Assembly (NCBI GenBank): GCA_021811405.1 | Contig: JAJZOZ010000001.1 | Coordinates: forward strand, 5,103-69,102 | Length of the DNA: 64,000 bases | Direction of reading: 5' to 3' | Origin: a bacterium | Lineage (GTDB): Bacteria; Elusimicrobiota; Elusimicrobia; Elusimicrobiales; UBA9959 | In this document: one piece after another, positions 24,491-33,077 of the stretch | How positions within the stretch are numbered: the stretch's first letter is position 1 | Layout of the letters: the number at the start of each line of letters is the position of its first letter | Program-made: the position numbers and the translations under genes | Notes under the pieces: model-generated | Databases searched by the model: none | Seen by the model: only the letters and a program-made list of their open reading frames with translations | Told to the model about the DNA's origin: nothing

Positions 24491-26367
24491 AGAAAATGTC
24501 CGCCGCTGCCGCCTCCGCCGCGCCGGCCGCCATTTCGCTGCTTCTGGCCGGCGCGCTGTTCCCGCCTCCGGCGCGCGCGCTTGTCGTCGCCGGTTCTAAA
24601 CACGATCTCTCTCCCGGTTCGGGCACGTCCCAGACCTGCATATTCTGCCACACGGCCCACCAGGCCAAGCGGAACGTCCCGCTGTGGAATCATTACGTGA
24701 CCACCCAGACCTTCACCTTCTACTCCTCCAACCATCTCAACACCTACCTCGCCATCGCCGCCCCGACCATGGCCGACCTCCCCGGAACTCGCACGGAGCT
24801 GTGCCTGTCCTGCCATGACGGGATGACGGCCCTCGGAGGCCTCTACAATCTGGGCGGGGAAACCATTTCAAAACCCCCGGCCGTTACGGGCCCCGCCAAC
24901 CTGGGCACTAACCTCGCCGACGACCACCCGGTGCTTTACGACGTCAAGCCCGGCGCGGGTCCGCCCGGCTCGCCCGGCACCGACCCCGAGATACAACTGC
25001 CGCTTGCCGGCGACGCGGTCAAGGTCTACGGCGCCGCCAACAGGGTGGAGTGCACTTCCTGCCATGACCCGCATGATAACCAGTTCGGCCATTTCCTGGT
25101 CAAATCCAACGCCAACGCGGCCATCTGCACGACATGTCACATAAAATCCGGCTTTTCCGCCTCCGCGCACGCGACTTCCGTCGTGGCCTATACTCCGCCA
25201 GGCGAAGCGGCGACCACCGTCGGCGAGTGGTCATGCCGGAACTGCCACCGTTCCCACGGGGCGTCCGCGACGCAGGCCTACATCCTGCGCGGAGCCGAGG
25301 AGGCCACCTGCTACCAGTGCCACGGCAATCCTCCCCTGGCCGGCGCCAGGAATATGCAGGCGCTCTTTCTCAAAGCCTCCAGACACCCGACGGAAACGGT
25401 CTCGGCCAGGCATAAGGACCCGGAGACGGACGGCTCCAATTTCACGTATTCGCCGCTCAACAACAGGCATGCGGAATGCCAGGACTGCCATAATCCGCAC
25501 CAGGCCAAGACCGGCACCCATACCGCGCCCGCCAATAACATCTCGAACGTACTGCTGGGCCAGTGGGGCGTGGAACCCTCTGACGGCGCGATCTGGACCG
25601 CGGCCATCGCCTATGTCCGCCAGGTCTTCGCTAACACGACAGGCTACAAGGAGTACCAACTCTGTCTCAAGTGCCACTCCTACTACGCCTTCGGCGCCAT
25701 ACCCGCTCCCAATATCACGGACCAGACCGTCGAGTTCAATATCAATAACAAGGCCGCTCATCCTGTCCGCGCGGGTCTCAGCGGCCAGACCGGGAGCGTT
25801 GCTCCGAAGGCTTTGACGGCCGGCCAGATGTCGGCGCCGTGGACGACCGCCGGCACCCAGACGATGTACTGCTCGGACTGCCACGATTCTGACGTCGCTG
25901 CCGATCCCAAGGGTCCGCATGGCTCGGCCGGAACGTGGCTCAAGAAAGGCCCCAACGTCTACTGGCCCAGGGACGCCGCTCTGGCGCTGTATACGCTGGG
26001 CGCCAACAACACTACCGACGCGCATCTGGCGGGACTTTTCTGCCGCAACTGCCATCCTTTGAGAAGCGCGACAGCAAATACCTGGTACAACAACGCCCAC
26101 CAGGAGCACAGTGGGGCGCAGGTAAGCAATGTCCCCTGCGTGGCCTGCCATGTGGTGGTCCCGCACGGCTCGCGCCGCGGGCGGCTCATCGGCTACGCGG
26201 CTGAAAGCGCCCCCTACAACAACAACGGCGCGGGAACCCTTGAAAAACTCGTGCTGAGCGGCTTTAAGAAAGCGACGACCCCCGTAGGATACGTCACGGG
26301 AAACTGTTACTCCACCGTCGCGGGATGCAGTTCGGTGCATACGAACGCGGGTGGCTATGATCCCTGA
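24487..26367 (+). CDS. 11-haem c-type cytochrome (626 aa), cassette A
   Basis: Signal peptide. 11 CXXCH motifs: CIFCH, CLSCH, CTSCH, CTTCH, CRNCH, CYQCH, CQDCH, CLKCH, CSDCH, CRNCH and CVACH. The first ~215 aa are homologous to the small tetrahaem proteins. Confidence 0.9.
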   Translation: MKKMSAAAASAAPAAISLLLAGALFPPPARALVVAGSKHDLSPGSGTSQTCIFCHTAHQAKRNVPLWNHYVTTQTFTFYSSNHLNTYLAIAAPTMADLPGTRTELCLSCHDGMTALGGLYNLGGETISKPPAVTGPANLGTNLADDHPVLYDVKPGAGPPGSPGTDPEIQLPLAGDAVKVYGAANRVECTSCHDPHDNQFGHFLVKSNANAAICTTCHIKSGFSASAHATSVVAYTPPGEAATTVGEWSCRNCHRSHGASATQAYILRGAEEATCYQCHGNPPLAGARNMQALFLKASRHPTETVSARHKDPETDGSNFTYSPLNNRHAECQDCHNPHQAKTGTHTAPANNISNVLLGQWGVEPSDGAIWTAAIAYVRQVFANTTGYKEYQLCLKCHSYYAFGAIPAPNITDQTVEFNINNKAAHPVRAGLSGQTGSVAPKALTAGQMSAPWTTAGTQTMYCSDCHDSDVAADPKGPHGSAGTWLKKGPNVYWPRDAALALYTLGANNTTDAHLAGLFCRNCHPLRSATANTWYNNAHQEHSGAQVSNVPCVACHVVVPHGSRRGRLIGYAAESAPYNNNGAGTLEKLVLSGFKKATTPVGYVTGNCYSTVAGCSSVHTNAGGYDP

Positions 26368-26434
26368 ATCCCGCCGTTGCGCCGGGAGAAGGTGATGCCG
26401 GCCGGAATGGTTCCCGGGTTGGGAGGGCGAACTC

Positions 26435-28108
26435 ATGCGCCGCCATACCAGCTGTCTGCTCTGCGTTTTCTGGCTGCTGAAGGCGGCCGTACCCGCAGCG
26501 CGAGCGCAATCCCCGTACGCAGCGTCCGGCCGGCTCGGCTGGTCCTATGACGACGTCATGGTCCGGACCCCGGAGGGAAGCAGGCGCATCGCGATAGCCG
26601 GCCAGAAGTACAATCTGAACCTCCGGGGACCGTTCGGCCTGCCGGGGATCGGCGAAGGCTTCGCCACGCTCGACTATTCTGAAGGGAGGAACCTCTCGCA
26701 GGTCGTCGCAGGCGGGGGCGCCGCCCAGAAGCTGGTCGGGTATTCTATCGGCGGCAGCTTCCTCCCGCCGGAGGCGCGCGAATTCGTGTCGCTTGGCGGG
26801 ACGTTCGCGCGGAATTCCGACCGCACGGCCTGGGGCGCGGGTCCGCCCAGGAATCTCACGGACACGAGCTATGACGGCAATATCGGCCTGACGCTGCCCG
26901 GGCTGCCGAGCCTGCAGCTGAGCTGTCAGAACCTTCAGCGCCGCGACAGCGCCGAAGGCGCGCCGGCCAGCCAGGATATCATAACGTGGCGGGAGCGCGC
27001 GTCGTACGCCAAGGGCCCTCTGCGCTGGAATTACTTCCGCACCCGGCAGGATACAAGAGCCCTCGGTCCGGGAGTCCGGAGTTCCGGCAACGACGACCTT
27101 TCCACCGACCTGTCCCTGGACTATCCCGCTCTGCGCGTGCGCGGCCTGCGAAGCCTGGCCCTGCGCGCCTCGTTTACCCGCCAGGCGTTCGACAGCGCCG
27201 GGAACCGGAGGACGCAGCAGTCTATCGGCGAGAGCGGCTATCTCACCACGGCGCTTTCGCGCAGCGGACGGTTCGAGTCATATCTCGGCTACGGCGAGAG
27301 CTTTTCCCGCATCGCCGGGGAAAAAAGCCTGCGCTCCAGCCATAACCTGAGCCTGGTCAGCCAGTCGGTTTCGTCGCGCTGGAATGTGAACAACCAGGCC
27401 AAGTACTCCGCGGCCTCCGGCCCCGGCGTAAGCGGCCAGAGTCTCGACGAGAATTTCAACGCGGAGTCGCCGAGGTTCGGCAAATACTTCGTCTACTATC
27501 TGCAGAGCGCCGGCAGCGTCCGCTGGGGGGGATCCGGCGGAGGGACGGCCGGAGAATCGGCGTTGCAAAAACTCTCCTTCTATCCCCGCCCGGAACTGGA
27601 TGTCTACTGCCAGCAGAGCTACTCGGGTTCGGGCGCCAGGCTTGGCCGGGCGCGCGAGGACAGCCTCGGCTGGGCCGCGGGCGTCAATTGGCGGCCCGGC
27701 AGCCTTCTGGAAACCGCCGCCGACTACAGTCGGCAACGCGGCCGCGGTCTTCTTACTGACCAGCTGACGTTAAGTTATAAAGCCTTTCCGCTGGACAGTA
27801 TGACCATAGGATGCGGTTATTCCCTGCAGCGTACCCGGACTTACCGGCCGCTGCCGATGGAATCCGTGTACGGCACATTCAAAGCCGACCTTGGATATCG
27901 CCCGGCCGAGGGCCTCTCGCTGGACGCCAGCCTCCTGCGGCAACGGTTTGCCGGGGAGAATCCGGGCCGGCCAGGCGCCATGGATTATTCCCTGTCGGCG
28001 CTATACCAGCTGGGCGCAGTCGAAATGAGCGTTAAATACGAAAACCGCGCGATTTCAACGGTCAACGAATACAGCCGTCTGGCAGCGGAGTTCAGCCGGA
28101 ATTTTTAG
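26435..28108 (+). CDS. Large outer-membrane beta-barrel protein (557 aa), cassette A; putative porin partner of the cytochromes
   Basis: RBS GGGAGGG. Signal peptide ending AARAQ. Ser/Gly/Tyr/Arg-rich alternating beta-strand pattern throughout. C-terminal AAEFSRNF (terminal Phe). Paralog of 38586-40289. Confidence 0.7.
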   Translation: MRRHTSCLLCVFWLLKAAVPAARAQSPYAASGRLGWSYDDVMVRTPEGSRRIAIAGQKYNLNLRGPFGLPGIGEGFATLDYSEGRNLSQVVAGGGAAQKLVGYSIGGSFLPPEAREFVSLGGTFARNSDRTAWGAGPPRNLTDTSYDGNIGLTLPGLPSLQLSCQNLQRRDSAEGAPASQDIITWRERASYAKGPLRWNYFRTRQDTRALGPGVRSSGNDDLSTDLSLDYPALRVRGLRSLALRASFTRQAFDSAGNRRTQQSIGESGYLTTALSRSGRFESYLGYGESFSRIAGEKSLRSSHNLSLVSQSVSSRWNVNNQAKYSAASGPGVSGQSLDENFNAESPRFGKYFVYYLQSAGSVRWGGSGGGTAGESALQKLSFYPRPELDVYCQQSYSGSGARLGRAREDSLGWAAGVNWRPGSLLETAADYSRQRGRGLLTDQLTLSYKAFPLDSMTIGCGYSLQRTRTYRPLPMESVYGTFKADLGYRPAEGLSLDASLLRQRFAGENPGRPGAMDYSLSALYQLGAVEMSVKYENRAISTVNEYSRLAAEFSRNF

Positions 28109-28421
28109 CCCCCATGTTCTATAAGCGCGCCGGCGCCGATTTGTGTTTTACCGCCTTCGGCGCGCTGTCCGGGTATGCCTGAAAAACCGGCGCCCCCTCT
28201 TCCAAGGCCATAAGCCTTTAACGAGGTGAAAACGCAAATATTAAAATTAGTATATTCATCATTTTACCGCCGGCTATTCTTTCGGCGATCCGTTCCCCTG
28301 AACAGTTCCCGTACCGCAGCTCTTCCTGAATTTGCCCGCGGTTCTATTACAACTTCACGGTCAGGCTTAAAATATGGATCTTGCCCGGGTCGCCTATCTT
28401 GCTGGCGAAAAGGCGTAGTTG

Positions 28422-28530
28422 TTCCGGCGACAAGGTGACCTGCCTTTCCTGCCATGCCAGCGAACTGACGGCCGGCCTGCAAATGCCCGGCGGCCAGACC
28501 GCCCTCTGCCTCGCCTGCCACAGGCTGTGA
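28422..28530 (+). pseudogene. Orphan 3' fragment of a cytochrome gene (direct repeat copy B)
   Basis: Encodes ..GDKVTCLSCHASELTAGLQMPGGQTALCLACHRL*, nearly identical to the C-terminus of the 20539-21102 product. The frame is closed by TGA at 28327. There is no signal peptide and no ATG or RBS. An AT-rich patch lies upstream. Confidence 0.75.
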
Positions 28531-28563
28531 GCTCGCCCCGCCGCCGGCCGCCCCTCCGGGCGG

Positions 28564-29841
28564 TCAGCGCTCCCCGCCCCGGTCCAGCCCGAACAAGGTC
28601 CTGACAGCGCTTATCTTCGCCAGCGTCTCCTCGTCCGTACCGTTCCCGCCGTTCTTGAGGCCGGTGATGGGAGCGTGCAGGATCCTGCCGAGGACCCGCC
28701 TGGTGACCACGTCCAGCAGCTCGCGGTCCCGCTCCCCGAAGCGGCCGGCGTGCTTCTCCACCTCGCTGCGGCGGATCTCCTCGAAGAGCTCCGTCAGCTC
28801 CCTGATCGTGGGACCGGCGGCGAGGGAGAGGTGCCAGCGGGTGAACGCGGCGAGCTCCTCCTCTACGATAGTCCTCACCTTGGCGGCTTCGCGCGTCCGC
28901 TTGTCCAGGTTCTGGTCCACGATGCGCTGGAGGGCGTCGATATCGTGAAGGAAAACGTTGCCGACCTCGTCCGCGAGCGGGTCGATATTGCGGGGGACCC
29001 CGATGTCGATAAGGAAGAGCGGGCCGCGGTCGCGCTCGCGTTCCCCCATGGCCCGGCGTACGTCCTCCGCCCTGAGAACGTAGTCCGGCGCGGAGACCGA
29101 GCTGATGACGATGTCGGCCCGGCGCAGGTGGGTGTGAAGGGCGTCGAAGTCCACCGCCGTGCCCCCCAGCTTCCCCGCGACCTCCTCCGCCTTGCCGCGC
29201 GTGCGGTTGGTTATCAGCAGGTCCCGGACGCCCCTGCCGGCGAGGTGCCTGCCGGTCAGTTCGCCCGTTTCCCCGGCCCCTATGAGAAGGACGCGTTTCT
29301 GGTCCAGGCGCTCGAAGATCTTAGCGGCCAGCTCGGCGGCGGCGAAGCTGACGGAGACGGCGCCCTCGCCTATCCCGGTCTCAGCGCGGCTGCGCTTCCC
29401 GACGTGGAACGCCGTCTGGAAGAGCCGGTTCAGGAGCAGCCCGCTGGTGGAAAGCTCCGCGGCGAGGGAGAAGGCGTCCTTCACCTGCCCCAGGATCTGC
29501 ACGTCGCCCAGGACCATGGAGTCCAGGCCGGAGGCCAGCTCGAAGAGATGCTTCGCCGCCTCGCCGGAGCGGAGGGCGTAGAAATGCCCCGGGCGGGCCG
29601 CCTGCCGCGCCCCCTTGAAGTCCACCAGGAAATCCCGCAGCCGCTCCGGCCGCGGCTCGCCGGACGGGGAGACGGCGTAGGCCTCGGTCCTGTTGCAGGT
29701 GGAGACCAGGACGCATTCGCTGAACGCGCCGCTGCGCAGCGCGGGCAGCGCCTCCCGGAGCTCCTCGCGCGAGAAGCAGAGCTTCTCGCGGACGTCTACG
29801 GGAGCGGTCCTGTGGTTGAGTCCGACGCAGAGAAGGTCCAT
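28564..29841 (-). CDS. hemA: Glutamyl-tRNA reductase
   Basis: MDLLCVGLNHRTAPVDVREK. The motifs STCNRTE and GAGETGEL (NADPH site). Length 425 aa. Confidence 0.9.
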   Translation of the reverse strand: MDLLCVGLNHRTAPVDVREKLCFSREELREALPALRSGAFSECVLVSTCNRTEAYAVSPSGEPRPERLRDFLVDFKGARQAARPGHFYALRSGEAAKHLFELASGLDSMVLGDVQILGQVKDAFSLAAELSTSGLLLNRLFQTAFHVGKRSRAETGIGEGAVSVSFAAAELAAKIFERLDQKRVLLIGAGETGELTGRHLAGRGVRDLLITNRTRGKAEEVAGKLGGTAVDFDALHTHLRRADIVISSVSAPDYVLRAEDVRRAMGERERDRGPLFLIDIGVPRNIDPLADEVGNVFLHDIDALQRIVDQNLDKRTREAAKVRTIVEEELAAFTRWHLSLAAGPTIRELTELFEEIRRSEVEKHAGRFGERDRELLDVVTRRVLGRILHAPITGLKNGGNGTDEETLAKISAVRTLFGLDRGGER

Positions 29842-29862
29842 GGTTTGGCCGGAGGAACGCGC

Positions 29863-30687
29863 TCAGCTGAAATTGTGGAAGCCGCGGAAAAAGAGATTTA
29901 TGACGGTCATGGAGAGCAGGGCCAGGGCGAACCCCAGGATGGACAGGACGGCGAACTTCTTGCCGTACCAGCCCGCCGCCTCCCTCAGCCCGAGGCCGGC
30001 GCCGTACACCAGCCAGATGAGCGCGGTGCCGATGAGCTTCGGGTCCACGTAGGAATGCCCCGGGAACGCCCTGGCCAGCCACGCCATGCCGACCGCTATC
30101 GCCACGGTCAGGAAGAAAAAGCCCGTCGCCGTCGAGATGAAGCTCAGCCTTTCGAGTACCTCCAGGCTGGGCAGGCGCTCGTAGACGACGCCGAGCCGGC
30201 TGGACTTTATCTCGTGATAGAGCATCAGGTAGAGGAAGCCGTAGACGGCCGCGATCGCGAGCGCCGCGTAGCCGAGCAGCGCGCCGGAAACGTGTATCCC
30301 GAGAAGCCGGCTCTTCAGGACTGGATCCACGTCGGTCCTGTTCACGATCAGCAGCGAGGAGGCGAGCTGGAAGAGCAGCGGGAGACCGAGGATGAAACAG
30401 CCGGTGCCCTTCACCTTGGTCCAGTACTCCAGCAGGAAGTACGCGAGCGAAATGCTGAAGGCGATGACCGAGAGTATCTCCGGAAGGCTGGTGATGGGCG
30501 GGTGTCCCAGAAAGACCGTCCGGGCGAGCAGATAAGTGAGATGGACGGAAAGCGCGGCGATAAGCAGCGGCGTCTTGGCGGTCTTCGCGACGGGGCTCGC
30601 GCTGAAGAACGCCCTGGCGTACGCCGCTACTGTTGCCAGGTAAAGGAGCGGCAGCAGAGCGTTCAACGCGGTTATTGCATGGTTCAT
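29863..30687 (-). CDS. Cytochrome c assembly (CcsA/HemX-like) integral membrane protein
   Basis: About 8 predicted TM segments immediately upstream of hemA, as in hemA-hemX arrangements. The start at ATG 30687 is supported by the promoter at 30731-30759, so the track start at 30759 is rejected. Confidence 0.6.
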   Translation of the reverse strand: MNHAITALNALLPLLYLATVAAYARAFFSASPVAKTAKTPLLIAALSVHLTYLLARTVFLGHPPITSLPEILSVIAFSISLAYFLLEYWTKVKGTGCFILGLPLLFQLASSLLIVNRTDVDPVLKSRLLGIHVSGALLGYAALAIAAVYGFLYLMLYHEIKSSRLGVVYERLPSLEVLERLSFISTATGFFFLTVAIAVGMAWLARAFPGHSYVDPKLIGTALIWLVYGAGLGLREAAGWYGKKFAVLSILGFALALLSMTVINLFFRGFHNFS

Positions 30688-30730
30688 TGCCGTGTGCCGT
30701 AACGAAAAAACATACTGACCGGCCGGTTCA

Positions 30731-30759
30731 AGTTTATGTAAATCGTGTGTCGAAGTCAA
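30731..30759 (-). promoter_or_regulatory. Sigma-70-type promoter for the ccsA-like/hemA operon
   Basis: On the minus strand, TTGACT (30759-30754), N17, TAAACT (30736-30731). Confidence 0.55.
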
Positions 30760-31137
30760 GGGATAGGCCTGCCCCTGGATACGGGACCGGATGGGGGCTG
30801 CGCCGCGCGGCAGGGCGCTGTATCGGGAAGGACGGGGGGTCTTGGTCCTGGCGTCTCTGCCGGGAAATTTCCGCCTCCCTGCTATGGTATTTTCTGGAGA
30901 GTGTTTACATATTATAACGGGAAAGCCTCTTTATTAATGATTTATCTATATTATATATCAATGAAGGGGGTTGCGGGAAGCCAATTGTCATAATTTGGTC
31001 AAAAAACGCAGGGGTGGGGGTTTTCCCCCATGGGCAGAGCCCCCGGTTTTCATCAAAGCGCGGCATTCAGCTGGAAATAGGCTTGATGGACTTCAGATCT
31101 GCCGTTTCCCTATGAGAAATGCCGTCTTTGGCGGCTA

Positions 31138-31153
31138 TGGCAGGAATGCTGCA
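31138..31153 (+). promoter_or_regulatory. Candidate sigma-54 (-24/-12) promoter for cassette B
   Basis: TGGCAGGAATGCTGCA has correct register. It lies 79 nt upstream of ATG 31233. It overlaps the inverted repeat CTGCAC-N8-GTGCAG (31149-31168). An AT-rich tract at about 30900-30990 lies upstream. Confidence 0.65.
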
Positions 31154-31232
31154 CCAGTATTTGTGCAGTACCAGGCGGGTGTCTGGATTTTACAGGAAGA
31201 AAACAGCGAAAACGAAAATTATGGAGGAGATA

Positions 31233-31892
31233 ATGAAAAAGGCGAAAATCGCGGGTCTGCTGATAGCGATCTGCGCGATAACCACCGGTGTACAGCCGCT
31301 TCATGCTGCCATTGCCGGTTCAAAGCACGACTTCCGCCAGACCGGCGGTGGTTTTCCGATAACCGGCGTCACCGAGATGTGCGTGACCTGCCATGTGCCG
31401 CACAGGCCTCTGGTCAATGTTCCCCTGTGGAATCACTCGATCAGCTCGTATACCTACACGCTCTACAACCAGAACGCCGAGTACGCTTCCGGCAACAGCG
31501 CGGCTTACGACGCTTCCCCCAGCGGCCTGCAGAACTCCAAGTCCAGGCTGTGCATGTCCTGCCATGACGGTTCCGTCGCCGTGGCCAGCTCGGTGAAGAT
31601 ACAGAGCGCTTCCAACAACTGGATCCTCTGGGACAACGGCGCGGCCGTGGCCAACGGCTCCGGCACCGGCAACACCGGCATGAAGGGCTCCCACCCCGTG
31701 GCCGTCAACTACGCCACCGTGCAGACCGCCAACCCCACTGATTACGTGGCGGCCGCCAGCCTCGTGGACGTGAAACTCGACGCCGGCAAAGTGCAGTGCA
31801 CCACCTGCCACAACCCGCACAACAAGTACAACAAGATGCTCGTGGCGGACAACGCCGGCAGCGCGCTGTGCCTTAAGTGCCACATAAAGTAA
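31233..31892 (+). CDS. Tetrahaem c-type cytochrome (219 aa), cassette B
   Basis: RBS GGAGGAG. Signal MKKAKIAGLLIAICAITTGVQPLHA. GSKHDF. Motifs CVTCHVPH, CMSCHDG, CTTCHNPH and CLKCHIK. NVPLWNH. GSHPVAVNY. Confidence 0.9.
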   Translation: MKKAKIAGLLIAICAITTGVQPLHAAIAGSKHDFRQTGGGFPITGVTEMCVTCHVPHRPLVNVPLWNHSISSYTYTLYNQNAEYASGNSAAYDASPSGLQNSKSRLCMSCHDGSVAVASSVKIQSASNNWILWDNGAAVANGSGTGNTGMKGSHPVAVNYATVQTANPTDYVAAASLVDVKLDAGKVQCTTCHNPHNKYNKMLVADNAGSALCLKCHIK

Positions 31893-31980
31893 AGGGTATA
31901 GCGGGTCCCCTGAGGGCCTGACAGTACATAAGACGCCGGGCGCCACACACGCCCCCGGCGGCTTATTGAAGGGGGCGATG

Positions 31981-32008
31981 TTTACGCGGGAGGACGAAAA
32001 GGTATAAT
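31981..32008 (+). promoter_or_regulatory. Possible internal sigma-70-type promoter
   Basis: TTTACG-N16-TATAAT, 46 nt upstream of ATG 32055. The -35 box is weak. Confidence 0.35.
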
Positions 32009-32054
32009 TTATCCGGGTTTTTTCCGGCCGGATGTCCGGAGCCCGCTGATCAGG

Positions 32055-33077
32055 ATGAAAAAACTGCTGCTCTGTCTTCTTCTTGTCCCGCTTGCCATCG
32101 GCCCGGCCGCGGCCGGGGAGAAGCCGGTCTGGCCGGCTCCGCCGGACAAGCCGCGTATAGAGTATCTGGAAACCCTGACGGCCGGCAAGAGGGCGGACGG
32201 AAAGCGCGGGAAATTCGGGAAAATGCTGGATTTCCTGCTGGGCGTGGTGTCGGGCGGCCGCTCCGAGCAGGAGTTCTTGCGGCCTACCGGCATATGGGTC
32301 ACCGAGAACGCGGTTTTCGTCGCGGATCCGGGCGTCGGCCGCGTCATGGTGCGCGACAAGGCTTCCGGGAAGTCCCGTTGGGTGCCGTCCGCCAGGCGGC
32401 ACAGGATGCCGTTCCCGGTGGGCGTGGCGGTAGCGCCGGACGGCAGGCTTTTCGTAAGCGATCCGGAGCTGGGAGGGGTTTCGGTCTTTGATCCGGAAGG
32501 AAAGCCCCTTCCCGGGCTGGCGGCGCCTCCGCAGGGGTTCCAGCGCCCTACCGGCCTGGCCCTGGACGCGAAGCTCTCGCGGCTCTACGTGTCCGACACC
32601 GGCACGCATTCCGTTTCCGCCTACGGCCTGGATGGCCGCTATCTTTTCACTTTCGGAGGCCGGGGCGGCGGCGCCGGGGAGCTGAACTACCCCACCTATC
32701 TCTGGGCCGACTCCGGCACCGGGAGGGTGCTGGTCTGTGATTCCGGGAATTTCCGGGTCAGGATATTCGACCCGGAGGGCAAGCCCGCCGGAGGTTTCGG
32801 GGAGATGGGCGACAGGCCCGGGTATCTGGCCAGGCCCAGAGGCATAGCCGCCGATTCTGACGGCGACGTCTATTCGGTCGACGGGGCGCTGGAGGCGGTG
32901 CAGATCTTCGACGAAAAGGGCCGGCTGCTGCTGTACTTCGGGGAGAGCGGCGGCGCGCCGGGTTATTTCTCGATGCCGGGAGGGATATTCGTGGACGGAC
33001 AGGACAGGATATACGTGGCGGATTCGTTCAACTCCCGGGTGCAGGTTTTCCAGTACCTCAAGGCGGACGCACGATGA
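32055..33077 (+). CDS. Exported NHL-repeat beta-propeller protein (paralog 4 of 4), cassette B
   Basis: Signal MKKLLLCLLLVPLAIGPAAA. VWPAPPDKPRIEYL. NHL units. C-terminal SRVQVFQYLKADAR. ATGA overlap with the next gene. Confidence 0.85.
   Translation: MKKLLLCLLLVPLAIGPAAAGEKPVWPAPPDKPRIEYLETLTAGKRADGKRGKFGKMLDFLLGVVSGGRSEQEFLRPTGIWVTENAVFVADPGVGRVMVRDKASGKSRWVPSARRHRMPFPVGVAVAPDGRLFVSDPELGGVSVFDPEGKPLPGLAAPPQGFQRPTGLALDAKLSRLYVSDTGTHSVSAYGLDGRYLFTFGGRGGGAGELNYPTYLWADSGTGRVLVCDSGNFRVRIFDPEGKPAGGFGEMGDRPGYLARPRGIAADSDGDVYSVDGALEAVQIFDEKGRLLLYFGESGGAPGYFSMPGGIFVDGQDRIYVADSFNSRVQVFQYLKADAR

Noticed and set aside
28226-28604. Track ORFs 28226-28438 (+), 28264-28521 (-) and 28419-28604 (+) around the orphan cytochrome fragment.
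   Set aside because: They have no RBS or family motifs, and they are out of frame with the only recognisable coding remnant (the CXXCH-encoding frame ending at 28530).
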